DNA of 55,480 bases, filler included, from Platydemus manokwari (GCA_037951405.1; 5 parts of 5 records of this genome joined end to end with filler, not necessarily neighbours in it); one strand, 5' to 3'. Numbered from the whole stretch's first letter, positions 1 to 13,559 are shown. The notes: generated from the sequence alone by a model not told the origin. Made by a program: numbers and translations.

Positions 1-1140
1 CTACTGATTCAACCCCACCGACGAAATGTATGCGACGGAGTTGTTGTGGTTTTTTTGATCTTCTATCTCGTGCATTAATGGGTCTTCAATTGGATCAAAT
101 TGCTCCTCGATCTCATCCTGAATACATAAAATTCTACCTTCTACTCTGTGTCTGGTACCTCCTATTAAATGACATGATCTGAAATGATGGCCTCCTTGTC
201 CGCATATTAAGCATTTGTGCCTTAGGGGTCACTGATTTCTGTAATATCCGCTTTCTCTACAGTAGAAGCAAATGTCTCCGCGCAATCGTTCTTCTTTTGG
301 ATCCGGCATGGCTAGACACTTATAGTAAAGTTTCTTGGACATGTATTTCATCGAATACACTGGTCTCTCTACCTGAAACGAACTTCTGTTCTGAAACTAT
401 TGGGTCGGGCTTCCATGTTTTGATAGAATGGAGTGGTTTATAATTACTGGATTCGTTGCTTTCTTTTTTGTACGGGTTATTCCACCGGTTTCTTCTTCCA
501 GTTTTTAGCGCTTCAGCATAGCTGTCTCTAAGAATTGTATTGATTTCCTGGGAATCACGTTGTACACTTTCATCTGGATTCTCGAACACCTTTGCAGCAC
601 TTCTAACTTTTATTATATCCATGTCTGACTTCAGGACAAGAGCGTCTTTTAACCTATTCGACATTGTTCTCTTGCTGATGATATCTTTGACAATGGAATC
701 TTGTTTCAACCCAGGATTGATCACCGCCTCAACCAATCTGTGAACTCTTATCTCCTATTGTTGAACATTTGTCAGTTCGACAATCATATCCATTATAGAT
801 TTTTTGATTGTAAATAAATCTTCAAACCGCAATTTTGCTTATTCCTCTGTGGTATCTTCCGATTTAAAGTTTTTCCACAAAATGCCTACCTTGTCTGAGA
901 GCAGTAAGTCGAATGCGCTAATCAGGCTGAGACTATTAATTAATGGCAACTCCTCTGTATCTTGCATCCACTTTACCACTTCATTGGAATTTTGTCCATA
1001 AAATTTTCAAATATTGAAATTGAGCGCTTCTTGAGCTCTTTTGGTAAACTCTCTAATAACTGTTTCTTCTGTAGATTTTTTGTTATTGGGTGGATTTGTA
1101 TGGCGTGGTAGACAGTTACGACATAAGAACGTTCAGGCAT
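1..1140 (-). mobile_element. Degenerate LTR-retrotransposon gag (Ty3/Gypsy-like), truncated by window start
   Basis: Minus-strand translation with stops and frameshifts gives a capsid-like segment (KFYGQNSNEVVKWMQDTEE...LWKNFK), then the 138-aa ORF, then two zinc knuckles: CFYCRESGYYRNQ* (decayed) and CLICGQGGHHFRSC (intact CX2CX4HX4C). Confidence 0.75.
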
Positions 1141-1799
1141 AATATTTATTTGAAAAACTACACTAAACCGCCAATAAGTTATTTAAACAAACACAACTTT
1201 TTCTTTATTTAATCACGTTACTTATATGATTTATTTATTTATGTTATTATTTATTGATTTATTTATATAATTAATTTATTCATATTATTCATATTATTTA
1301 TATTATTTTTATTATTTATTTATTTATTTATGTGATTAATATATATTGCAATTAAAAATATTTTCCCTACTTCATTTGAGCGTAAATTCTATGATTACCC
1401 AAAGGGAAATGACAGAGCGCACTTTAGAAAATTATTATTAAAATATGAAGACATCGCAGTGCCTTTCTGTTTCATAACAATGATCAGCAATTATTTCGAA
1501 TCATTTTTCTCCATTGCTGTATGTTCCATATATTGCTAGCATAGAGGGCGGAAAAACATTTCGTTCTCCTACGTCGATGAAATCTTATAAATATCTAAAA
1601 AATACAATTTAAAACATTTATTTGTGAAAATCGAGTGTGCAAATATATTAAAAGTGTTAGCAAACCATAACAGGGCCTAAACATAGTGTCCATTAGTTTC
1701 AATGACACTCTGGAATGGATGTGTAAAATTTTGAAACTCGCTTGGAAGCTTGGCCTCCGATGTTGACTCCAAATATTGGCGAAAATCGTTGCTCACGTC

Positions 1800-2500
1800 T
1801 CCTAAATTACTAAAAAAATTTTATGTCGATAGCATTCGGAGTATCTGGAGATAAATCGATCGATGAGGTTTGTGTCAGGTAAGTAGGTTGGCTGCTTTAA
1901 TAGTGACAGGCTTGATTGAAAGTTTAAAATCATATTATGCAGGAATTTCAGGTATTTCTCATCATTGATGGATATATAGGCGTGAAGAATTTCGAAATAC
2001 GTGAGCGATTTTGCATGGTTGCTGGCAACAATAATCAAAATTGTAAGATCAGACATTGTCCACCTAGCAATACACGGTTATATTCTTTTGGAGGTATGTC
2101 TCAAAAGTAAATCCATTTTTCATCGATCACAATGATCTTTTTTCCTTAAGCCTTTTTGCCGAATAAACATTTAACATTTCTTGATTTCTTGACATTGATT
2201 CTCTTCTTATTATCCGCTAGAATGTGAGGAATCCATCTGATGCAAAGTGACTTCTTTCCAAGTTTTTGTTTCAAAATGCAGCGAAACATCGTTTCTTTAA
2301 TGCCGGTAACTCTTGAAATTGATGGACTATTTTACGCCTAATAATGCAGTACTCGTTCTTGGTCTTACTGGACTTTTTTTTCGCTTATAATGTGTTCGCT
2401 GCACTCCTGTAAACTCTTTGGTAATATTTTGTACTCTTCAAAGGCTGGTGACGTTCTTTGCTCCCCAAATTTCGACAGGAAAGCGATAGATTTCGGTAGA
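1800..2500 (-). mobile_element. Degenerate mariner (Tc1/mariner) transposase remnant
   Basis: Minus strand gives LGKKSLCIRWIPHIL (WVPHEL motif), IIVIDEKWIYF (TGDEKW motif) and LKQPTYLPDTNLIDRF (HPPYSPDLAPSDF-like). Many stops and frameshifts. TIRs not found. Confidence 0.7.
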
Positions 2501-3048
2501 CGAAAAGTTGTTTTGTGTTAGAATAGCAAAATAGTAATTTATGTCGCATTGCTTTACCTTTATCCTTTAGGCTAAATCATTTAACCAACTCTAATTGATT
2601 TATTTAAATTTACATCTTAAGCATCCAAGTCTTGTTAGTTATCTACTTTAAAAAATTCACCTAGGAAAGATATACCTAAAAAATTTTAATTTTGACCTTT
2701 TGATATTTTATTATTGATAAAAAGGAAATTTTTTTTACGGGTCTCTCTATATTAAAATCTTAGTAACCTGGGTTTGCTTATTAAAATATTAGTCTCTTTA
2801 AAATATCTAATAATCGTATTACCTTAATAAAACAATAAACACGTTCAGTAATAATAATTTTCTTTCATATTTTCTGAACATCATGACTTTGGTAAAAAGA
2901 AGGTTATTGTTTCGATCAGCTAAAAAATAATAATACATAATACAGAAACAAATAATCAAATTTTACTTTAACTTTAAATATTTTATCGATTAAACAAGAC
3001 TTACCACACATATAAGGTGAGTAAAAAAACAAAATGATTAGTTTAATC

Positions 3049-3841
3049 TAGTGGTCTTCAACCTTTTTGCTGAAGAGGAACCCCACGGAAACATTCGTCT
3101 GGCTCGAGTAACCCTAATAATTTAATTGTTTTATGCAGAAAACAGCATTTATTTTTTAAAATGAAATATTAAAAGTATTCAAGTTCAGAGTATTGTGCAT
3201 GTTTGTTGTTGAAATGAAAACAAAATTGTACATGCTTGAGTAGACTAAATTTATTCTTGTCAAAAACTCAGTGGGAAATTTGAGCCTGGTATTTCTTGCA
3301 CAACTCTTAAAGATTCGGTCGTTTTTATGACAGACACGCATGAATTTCATCTTCCACAAACAGTAATTGTGCTCGTTTCTTGTCAGAGCTGAAAATACAA
3401 ATTTACACAAATATGAGGTTGAAAATTGCATAAATATTCTTAGCACTTTCTGGGCAATTGCAGGGTATTCCTTTTCAATGAGCAACCAAAAAGTATTCCG
3501 ATTAAGCTCAAAAGTCCTGTCATTTAGAACATTAGCAAGTTCTTCTTCTTGCCCTTCATGCTATTGTTCAAGAATTTTAGTTCATGAAAAATATCGACGA
3601 GTTATACCAACTTCAAAGACCAATGGTCATTACTCAAAGATTCTATGAAGTCTTTTAGATTTTCTTGCAAAAAAAAAGTCAATAACTCTTCTCCGAAAAA
3701 CGAGACAATACTTTCTCTCTTGACAATACTTTCCCTCATCGTATTTAACATGTTATTTATTTGTTCGTTGTTTTAATTTGGAAATTTAGAAATTGCGGAA
3801 CTCCTGAAGTGTACTGGTGGAACTCAGATTGAAAACCACTA
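3049..3841 (-). mobile_element. Internally deleted hAT (Buster/Charlie-type) DNA transposon
   Basis: Imperfect TIRs TAGTGGTCTTCAACCT (3049) and AGATTGAAAACCACTA (ending 3841). The internal minus-strand fragment EYPAIAQKVLRIFMQFSTSYLCKFVFSAL matches the hAT C-terminal dimerisation domain. Confidence 0.8.
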
Positions 3842-6800
3842 ATTAAGTCAAATGAATATTTGGAAATTTTACCCATCCATTGTAAAGCTCGAAAGAATAC
3901 GTTTCCAGTTATAATAATTAAATAAATTTTTATTTTAGCAAATAAAATTTCCTTTAATAATCAATATTTAGCTTTCTAATAAATTTCTTCCTGGTGTTAT
4001 TTTGAAAGAACTGTTTCATATAGATCGCATCTTTCCAAACATGATTACAACTCTATGATTTAACATTTTAATGAACTAGCGTTTGTACATCATCTAGTTT
4101 CCACTGGATCTATTGTATTTATATCGATATTTACCTTTTAACTGGCAATTGATTTTACTAAAAATAGTTACATTTTTCTTCAACCAAAATTAACTTTTTT
4201 TGCTATAAATCGAATCACATTGGTAAAAGTAGATAAATATTTCATTGGTCTGTTTTACTCAGTCTCTTTATTTTAAGGACTTTTCAAAACCTACTTAATT
4301 TTAATATGTTTATCTAAACGCGAAAAGAAAAAGGTATTTTGTAGTGATCCGTACCATTTGTATTTATTTAAAAAAATGTATTTATTTATGATGTTAAAAT
4401 ATATACAACTAGGTTAAATGCTTCCAAAATTTTTTTGCCAAAGAATTTAATAAATGCAAAACGTCATGTGACTTTCGTATGGAAAATGATAATTGTATTT
4501 TAGTTTGTTTTGTAATATATTTTCCAAATCTCTCAATGACTTTTGTTTACTTGTAATTTAATTTCACAAAACCTTATCGACCATAAATCAATATAAAAGA
4601 ATAACAAATCCCCAATGTGTTTTATGGTTCTGGTGAATATATTTCAGTCGTTTCCATGGATACGTACTCACACGACTGATGTGCATTGAATGAAATATTT
4701 TTTTGTTAATTTAAATTAAGTATTAAAGCCTTGTCAAAATAATTTCGAGTTAATTCAGTCGCAAGATGTCGAGGCAGAGCTTAACTATTGATTTGTCATT
4801 AATGCATGGACAAATAGATTTGGAGAAATTATCGGAGAAATTAATATATATATATTGACGAACATTAATTTCATCAAAACCCTCGAATAAATAAATAATA
4901 AAACTAAAGGATAATTCTATCGATTATCATGTAATTCGATGGTTTCCATATCTCAGTTATATCATTCGTATTTTATTCCTTCTTTTACGCTTATGCTCAT
5001 TCAGTTTCTGAATATTCCATGCAGCCTTTCTTCAGGATCCATATTGTCAATTATTTGATCCACTATCAATGTGTGCTTGTAAGACCAAACTGTATGCTGT
5101 TATCATAATGTGTCTTGTCTCATATCGTTCACAGTTTTAAGAAAAATTAAATAGACGACAATATAATTTAAAATAATAATCTCCATCTAATAATGCATAA
5201 AAATTTTGATCAGCATAGTCAGTATTCATAGAGTTTTGTATATACAATTTTTGACTGACCTTTAAAATCGATAACGTATTCAGGATAGCCTATTTATGCT
5301 TTGTTCCAAAAACATAATATACTTCTTCCATACTCTTTAATTATTTCCATTTTCTTTATTGATTAAAAATTTATATCTAGCTGCATGCAATTAAAATGAG
5401 TGAAAATATATTCCAAATTTTGAAATCTATGATATTGGTTAGTGGACTCGTTCACTTTAACTAGTTGATCGTGCCGGTGATCGACCATTTCTATGTTTAA
5501 AATCGTTATGAATCGAGAAAAGTTTAATCACTTAGTAAGAATATTTATTATTAATAACTCTTACGGAAGAACATGTTGTTTAAAAGCGATCTAAGCAGTT
5601 CTGAAGTTGAAATTTATTGCTTTTACATTGAAAATGTAAGGTGAGAAATTGTAAATATTAGTGAGTAATATGATGACTTCTCAAAAAAATATCATTACAT
5701 CGCACTCCAACTACTCAGAAAGGAGTTGCAATATCAATTTCTACATTCGATAAAATTACTTATTGAATATCTATCCATTGAAGAGGTTTTTCCAAATTAT
5801 GATTAATAATAATTTAATATAATTTAAAGATTCGTCTTTATCAATTCGTTTTGATATTATTCCCCAATTGTTTTTGATTTCTTAAATCAATTGACCATCA
5901 AGTTTTGGTTGTTGTATATCGATCTTTATTGAAAATAAACAAAGTAAAGAAATGTTGTTGTTTATCTTTTTCTAAATAATTTTCGATTTCAATTTCTGAC
6001 TTACCCTCAAAATTATCGCTACTTACAACCGAATTTACGCCAATATTTGTATGGTTGCTTTGGCTATATTTGCTTTATTAATGTTCCATTTATGGTTACT
6101 AACGGCAGTAAAATATTTCAACGTTGCATTACAACAAATCGTTCACCAAACACAGCCTTCACGTAATTTTCTGTATGATAAAAACTGGGAAAATTATTCA
6201 CCTGTTATTTCATTTTCATTGTCAAACCAAATATATTCAGTATTTCAACGAAATTTCTCAAAATAATTTTTCAGTTATCAAATATCGAGAAATCCCTCAG
6301 AAAAGCACAATTTTTCACAAGTGACTAATAGGCTTGGTGGTTATGTTCTTTTTAGTTTTATAATTACTAAACACTTTATTTTTTGCAAACTGAAATGTAA
6401 TGAAAATCAATATTATTGTGAGTATAGAAAATAAGTCTTTAAATTTAATACGCTTATTGATTATTAAAATAATATTGTCGAGATTTTATCCCTAAAAGTG
6501 TTACTTTTGAGATTTATATGTGGTTTTTGTTTGAATTTGAAAATCTCAATTTCCGGAGTTTTGATAATCCTCGGATAGTAATCAGCCTTAAGTATTTCGA
6601 TTCTATATCGCCTTGGTCATTCTGTCGATCGCATGAAGACGAGATAAGCGACACTGAACAATGTGTTTATTGGTGATATCCAGCTTAAATCTCATTGCGA
6701 TGATTTACTATCACTTCTTTATCATTATTCACTTCTTATAAGTTTTATTGAAAACTTACTACTGTCAGAAAATATAAAGAAATGGCAGTGTCAATGTAAT

Positions 6801-8580
6801 GGGTACTTATCAAAATCAACAACACTTCCCGAATATGAGAAATGTATTATGAATACAAAGGTTACAACAATTATAATAACAGTACCACTATTATTTTGAT
6901 TCTACTTATACATACAAAGGTTGGACCATTAACAATTCACAATAAATATTTAAAGATAGGAGTAAAACCAATAGAAATGTTGATATGAAATTCTATAAAT
7001 ACGATTTCTTACTGTTTGAATCCTCCAGTAAAATACTGATCCAGCGAATTCGTGTCATTGTATTCATTCCATCAACTATCATCATAATGTTCTTAATTTT
7101 AAATAGCACATACAATAATTGAGGTTACTGCTTTATATATGCATTGAAATTCTTTGAAATTAAATTTATTATAGAAGAAAAATTTCCTTTGATTAAATTT
7201 ACTTTCTCTCTATTATTGAAAGCCAATAATTCCTTATGATTAAATTTATTAAGAGTGATTATTTTAGCGTACTTCTTATCACCATATTTTATCGGTTTAT
7301 TTTATTGTTTTAATTGGATAATTAATCCTAAGGAATTTTCTATTATTATTTATATCACACATTCTCTTGAAATGTATTAAGTTTTTTATATACCTAAATA
7401 TAAAATAGTCCACGTAATTTATACGTTGATACATCAAAACAAAGTTATCAGATCATTGTCTTTCCAATGTAATGGACTGCAATAAGGTTAATATTAAAAT
7501 CCTACTTGATTTAGATATTTATAATCGCAATAAATGAGAAAATTCAGAAATCTTAGGTTAGATTAGAATGTTTTTTCGATTATATCCGCATGCTTTTTCG
7601 ATAAAGAGTACGAGAGGTAGAAATCCTTCCAGTAAATGAAAATTAATTTTGATCAAGTTGGTATGATGAAATTAGGTGGAGTATACTTAACAGGAATATA
7701 GTCTATATATAACAACGAAAATTTTGTCTGGTGGTAAAAATATTCAGGTGACAAAGACAATGCAAGAAAATTGATCAATTCTATTGGCTTCTCAATTCAC
7801 GATAAAACTGATCAACATGAACATGCGCTAAATAGCACCAAATCATGATTTACTGCAATATGATCTTATCAAAACCAGTAATCTCGCATTATATTGCAAC
7901 GACTGGACGGAAAGAATTTGATTACTGTCTGCAGTTCTGCTATATAATTACTGCTAAAAGCGGAAATTGCAGTCAATAGAGCGCTCAAGAAAAGTAATTG
8001 TGCTTACATGGGAAGATATATTATGGTCAACGAGCTGATTGTTTAAGTGTCACTTCCCAGACATGATTTGATCAGTATTTTCAATTTTGCCTTCGAATTT
8101 ATAAGTATTGTGTTAGAGATATCAGAACTGTTATGGATATCTTGATAACAACTCGATGTATCATAATAACAGTTTCATGATAAAATTATTCCTAGAATTG
8201 AATTAATAGGCCAAGCAATGTATCAGGCCTCGATTTGATTTTTATGATTGAAGACTTTATAGAAAATAACTTCATAAAAATGAGAAGGTGAGGAGAATCC
8301 TGACAAAAAATAAATTCATATGGAGTCGAACTCCGATGGTGAGACTATATATATAAAATAAATATAAAATAAAATGAAAATGGAAAAGAGAATTTTCAAA
8401 TTAGAACTGATATTTGATTGTAATAAAGATGAAAGAGCTCATTATTTAAGAAGGATAAATTAAAAGTTTAAGATTGGGAAGTAAAATGATAAATACTAAA
8501 AAATAGATTCCTATTTCCTAAAATGAAATTAAATTAGAACAATAATGTTAAAAAATATTTATTATTACCAAAAATAAATA

Positions 8581-9805
8581 TTGGGTTGGTGCGATTTCAC
8601 TTGTTGCAAAGAAAATACCAACTTCTTGTTTTAACTGATTTGAGTTATATTCACTCAGCTGAATTATCTATATAAATCATTTTAGATTAACTTTCCCTTT
8701 CAATACCCTCATTAAAATAAAGTGTCAGGTAGATAAAATGAACATTCCCGCCATCTACTCCTTTTCTATTTTAATCAACATTTAAACGCTGCAGATGCCA
8801 CCAGAATTATTTGTTGCGTTTATAGAGAAAAGGCAGTCAGTAATCGAATAGCACAAAAATGGTTTTCGAAATTTAACAGTGGAAATTTTTATTTAAGCGA
8901 TGCACCTTGGTCAGGTCGAAATAGTGACTTTGATGAAGACTATTTGAACAAATTGATTCATGATTATCATCGTCAATCGTCACGAGCGCTTGGACAAGCT
9001 ATGAATTGTGACCACACCACTATTTCTCGACATCTCAAGAAAATGGGAAAACTTCAAAAGCTTTGGTCATGGGTACCTTGTTTTGCCACCAATCTGCTGT
9101 GCAGCAACATCCATCTTTTCTTTCCAGTATCGTAACAGGTGATGAGAAATAAGGCGTGTTTGTATATTTGAAACACAACAAAGTTTGGGTAAGTCTTCAA
9201 AAGCAACAACACCACTACGTGAGAAATCTAAAGTTCGCCATCGCAAAATCTTGTACGCTTAGTAAGACCAAGTTGGTGTTATTCATTACGAAATCTTGCC
9301 AAGAAACCAACAATCAGAAGCCTAACTTTATTGTTATCAATCAACCGAGTAAACACTGCAATCAAAGCAAAGTGCATTAATAAGAAGTACATAATTTTAC
9401 AGCATGGAAATGCTTATATCGTCACAATGGCAAAATTAGTTATTAAAGAATTTAGCTTGGAAACTCTTCCCCATCCTCCTTTTTTGCCTGGTTTTGCTCC
9501 AACAGATTTTTATCTTTTCCTCTCCACGTCGAACCATCTTTCTGGTCTCACATTTGTAAACGAAGAAGCAATAACAACGTAGTTTGAAGGATTGTTTGAC
9601 CAAAAATCAACAAGCTTCTTCAAACATGGGATTGACAAACTGCTAGAACGATGGAAGACATTTACCGATTGTAGCGAAGAATATCTCACCTATTAAGACT
9701 GAGATATTTGGGTTTTCTAATGATTTCATGAATTCATTTTTATATCTGAAATTTTTGTATTTTTCATAATCGAAAGAAACCACACGAACTTTTACACCAA
9801 CCCAA
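8581..9805 (+). mobile_element. Near full-length decayed mariner element
   Basis: TA flanks at both ends. TIR ends TTGGGTTGGTG...CACCAACCCAA. The broken ORF gives KCQVDK/NEHSRHLLLF...KWFSKFNSGNFYLSDAPWSGR...HLKKMGKLQKLWSWVP...LPHPPFLPGFAPTDFYLF. Length 1225 bp. Confidence 0.9.
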
Positions 9806-10451
9806 TATTAAGTTAAAAATAGCATTAGTTAAGTAAATACCATGAAATAATTATTGAGTAGTAATAATTTGTCCATTGGAATTAAAAATGACAATAGATA
9901 ATTTTCTAGATTAAGAAGTCATTGAATAAAAACAGCATCAAAGAAAAGAATTTTGATGAGAACAAAACTTAATATAAATAGCCTGGCAATCAGTAGCGGA
10001 TTGACAGAAATTTAGTGACGACTAAATTGAGAAGTCTATTGATTATTAATTGATTGTTAAGACATGAAGACTGAAGAAGAAGTAAGAAGAATTTTATTTA
10101 TTAGTAGATCGAGAAACAATCAAGTTACTTATTTTTGAATTTTTTTTATTATTTGAAGAAATTGCTTCCCGAATATTAGCAGAAGTAAACATTTGTTTAC
10201 ATTGTGTGATATTCGATGACTTTTCTTCAGAATATCGATAATTAGTAGAGACAATATGTGTAGTGCGTCTGTAATTGTTTGTTGTTCACTCTAATACGTA
10301 GTAAGACTAGGAGTAACTCTCAGCCGATATCTCAATTTTATGCGCAGGTTTCATCCCTTGTTGTCAATAACTTGAATTTATGAGTAAGACCTTAGTTTGT
10401 GATGGTGATTTATTTAAACAGCTAATTCATTTATTTAATGTACATTGTTGT

Positions 10452-10612
10452 TGTAAGCTACTACTATTTAAAAGAACGCATCGAAAACAAACTGTAAAAG
10501 ACTTGACATTCAATTCTATTCATAGACAATTATTTAAACACAATAAATAAAATTTAATATTAAATTAAATTTAAAATCAAAATAAATTCAAATTCAATTT
10601 GATATTCTCACA
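10452..10612 (+). mobile_element. Short solo LTR (161 bp), family A copy 1
   Basis: TG...CA termini (TGTAAGC...TCTCACA) with a perfect 5-bp target-site duplication GTTGT at 10447-10451 and 10613-10617. Similar to the copies at 10834 and 13113. Confidence 0.75.
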
Positions 10613-10833
10613 GTTGTATTGTTAAATTTTAGTGTACAACAACTAACATTTTTGAGTCAGATATGTAGGATCTTACGAGTACTTCTTGCACTCTACAGCA
10701 GGTAGGCCCATCAGAAATATAAGGATGTGGAAATTGTTTATTTTTAAAATAAATTGTGACGAATCTACAATGGGCAATAAGGCAAGTTCTAACTTTGTCT
10801 GGAAGCAACTAACAAATAAACAACTATCTCCAT

Positions 10834-10942
10834 TGTTGGCCACTACTATTTTAAAAACCACATATTAAAAACGAACTGAAAAGTCAAGGCACCAAAGATC
10901 TATTTAAATACACATATTTAAACAAATAAATTTAATTTTATA
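10834..10942 (+). mobile_element. Solo LTR family A copy 2, interrupted by a mariner
   Basis: Starts TGTTGGCCACTACTATTTTAAAA...AACGAACTGAAAAGTCAAG, closely matching the reverse complement of 13180-13285. Similarity stops at the TA where a mariner TIR begins. Confidence 0.7.
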
Positions 10943-11050
10943 TTAGGTGTATTAGTATGATTCCGGCTTTTTATTTAAAAAACAAAAACATTTTTTAAAA
11001 TATTTATTTAATGAAATTCAATCAAAATATTTTCCATTTGCAGATATGAC
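10943..11050 (-). mobile_element. 3' end of a mariner element (Mos1-like TIR), cut by contig end
   Basis: TA followed by TTAGGTGTATTAGTATGATTCCGGC, which resembles Mos1-type TIRs. The minus strand encodes ...VISANGKYFD*, typical of a mariner transposase C-terminus. Confidence 0.65.
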
Positions 11051-11150
11051 NNNNNNNNNNNNNNNNNNNNNNNNNNNNNNNNNNNNNNNNNNNNTTAATT
11101 AATTAANNNNNNNNNNNNNNNNNNNNNNNNNNNNNNNNNNNNNNNNNNNN
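11051..11150. other. Artificial contig spacer (N44-TTAATTAATTAA-N44)
   Basis: 100-nt gap with a six-frame stop linker. The same spacer occurs four times. Confidence 0.98.
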
Positions 11151-11917
11151 GTAGACTAAAATTAAAAGTAACCAATTAACCTGGAAATAAAAGGAATTTT
11201 TAGTTTAAAATTAGAAATAAGATTTAAATTTAATAGTTAATTCAAATCTAGCCTAATATAAGAATGTAATTTTCGCATTTATTGTATTTTATTCATGTCA
11301 ATATATGGTATTAGATTATTGAGAGTAGTCACGAATATTATTACTACTGGAATCGTGTTTGTTAATATATTCTTAAATGTTCCACCAAACCATTTCGATA
11401 TTTTGTTTTTATTTTTTAACAAAATAATAACGCATAATAATAACTGAAATAAATATTCCCAATGATAACATCATTCTTTGATTTTTTGAAAAAAATATTT
11501 TTGGAATTGATTGGGGAATTTTTGATTTGGAAATTATTTTTGAAATGATTTTTATCAGAATTGCAAATTGTTTCCAGGTTTTATTTGATAAATGAAAAAA
11601 TTATTATGCCAATTTAAAATTGTGTTTATTAGAAGGTTAAAAAAATTATAATGGATTTTCTCAGATAAGTATTATTTATTGTCTAGCATAAATAATGTTT
11701 TTAATTATAAAAATGATGTTGATCCAGTTGTTATAATGTAGCTAGCTACTTATTTATCAATATTATATAAAAAGAGTTATTATATTTGTAGTATTCTCAT
11801 TTATGATGATGTTATGAGCTTTCTTGTCAGGGGTTCTTCATGATATTCAATTCTGCCGATATTAATTACCTACACCCAGAATTATTGACTGCTGATCGAC
11901 AGTCAGTCCGTGAATAT

Positions 11918-12300
11918 TGTTGAGTGAGATGAAATCTTGGAACATAAAATCGGGTTTGCATCTTGGAACCCTACACAGCCATACAGGCATGGCATTCAAC
12001 TAGTCACTGCGGAGTTAAATGGTAAACGACATTAGTAAAAGAGACAGCCATACAACAACGCACACACAACGATTGATGAATCTCAATCATACAAAACCTA
12101 ATAAGCCAAATCGAAACATGGGAAACTAAAGATGCGATTGAAATATGATACATACACGACACAAAAATTACATAAAAATCTCGAGTAAAAATATCGATAT
12201 AAAACCAGGATTTGATTACCTTTTTGAGTAGTACAAGTTTTAGTTGTGAATGAAGTTAGATTGTATCTATGTTATTTTGTGAGTTGTACTGAATTTTTTA
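11918..12300 (+). repeat. Dispersed LTR-like repeat, family B copy 1
   Basis: Begins TGTTGAGTGAGATGAAAT and is colinear with the reverse complements of 19508-20003 and 46354-46748. The 3' end is approximate. Confidence 0.6.
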
Positions 12301-13112
12301 GAGCCTTCGGTTTTGGGAGTCAGCAATAATTCAGTCGTTCAGAAGTTGATCCCAAAAGTATATATGCTTTGTATATATTTGTATACATATTTTGAAGGAA
12401 AATCGATCACAGAAATAGCACAATATTCTAACAGCATTTAGATGATAAATTATGAAAAATATGAAAATTTTCTCATAAGTCATGTCACTTGAAAGGATTT
12501 TATTAGTGAATATTTTTGTACATGATTTTTCACCGAGTGTCATCAACAATAAAATCTCGTGTTCGATTTGATTAGAGCAGTCCATCAATATTACGAAGGT
12601 ATGCGCGAGTTTAACAATAGAAACTGACATTTGTTTCCTTTAAACTTCAAATAATATTATAAACTAGTTACTTAATATATTTCGACGAGTATTCTCGATT
12701 CTGATAATAAATGGTTTGGGACAAATTACATCTCATTAATTTTATTTGAAAAAATTGAGGAAAGATTCGATGTCTAATTGATCTCGAGGAGTATATTTCA
12801 CACCACTTTCATATCATTAAACGGTAATCATCAATTAATTTTTGGTGGTAAAATCGAATTTTCTTCGAGAAATATACTTTCATATAATTGATCAATATCA
12901 TAACTGTCGATATCATCTCCTTAATTACAATTTCGAACTATATTCCTTCAAGTATTGGTTGATACGATATTAAACTGTACCAAGGTATCATTTATAGAAT
13001 AACTATTTGGACCAATAATTCTTAAAATCCATAAAAAATGATTAAAATTTTAAAATTTTCTTAAATACTCCAAGATATAGATTACTAAAAACAATGTCGT
13101 GTTTATTATTTG

Positions 13113-13285
13113 TGTGAGATATTTTAAATAAATTAAATTTTTAATTCAATTTTAATTTTATATAAAATCATATTTGTATAAAATTAAATTAATTTTTTTT
13201 AATATTTGTATTTAAATAGATTTTTAATGTCTTGACTTTTCAGTTCGTTTTTAATGTGTGGCTTTTAAAATAGTAGCGGCTAACA
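13113..13285 (-). mobile_element. Solo LTR family A copy 3 (173 bp)
   Basis: Minus strand reads TGTTAGCCGCTACTATTTTAAAA...TCTCACA. Homologous to the copies at 10452 and 10834. TSD decayed (ATTTG/AATCG). Confidence 0.7.
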
Positions 13286-13559
13286 AATCGAAAATCATAT
13301 TACTGCTTTTATTCATATTATTGAAGAAATACTGACTAAAACCATGTTCTTTTAGTGAGATGTATCCATAAATATATACATATTCAAACCATATTTTATT
13401 ATTTTTTACATGTTTTTTGCATTATTCAAACTTCTTTGTTATTGTAATTTAATATTCGTGAATCAAATAGACTGTGCTCACATTCTTGTTCCGTAGAGAA
13501 AGGGTTAATAAAGATATACAACGATAATTCATAAAAATGAACTGCTTGCTTTATCAGAT

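Noticed and set aside
6051-6266. DHHC palmitoyltransferase-like C-terminal fragment (LLMFHLWLL...YDKNWEN)
   Set aside because: No DHHC motif, no TTxE and no clear splice sites; the resemblance is too weak.
12331-12630. Short ORFs of 60-100 aa in the nuclear contigs (e.g. 6663, 12331, 14942, 17137, 36857)
   Set aside because: No motifs or splice support; compatible with chance ORFs in AT-rich DNA.
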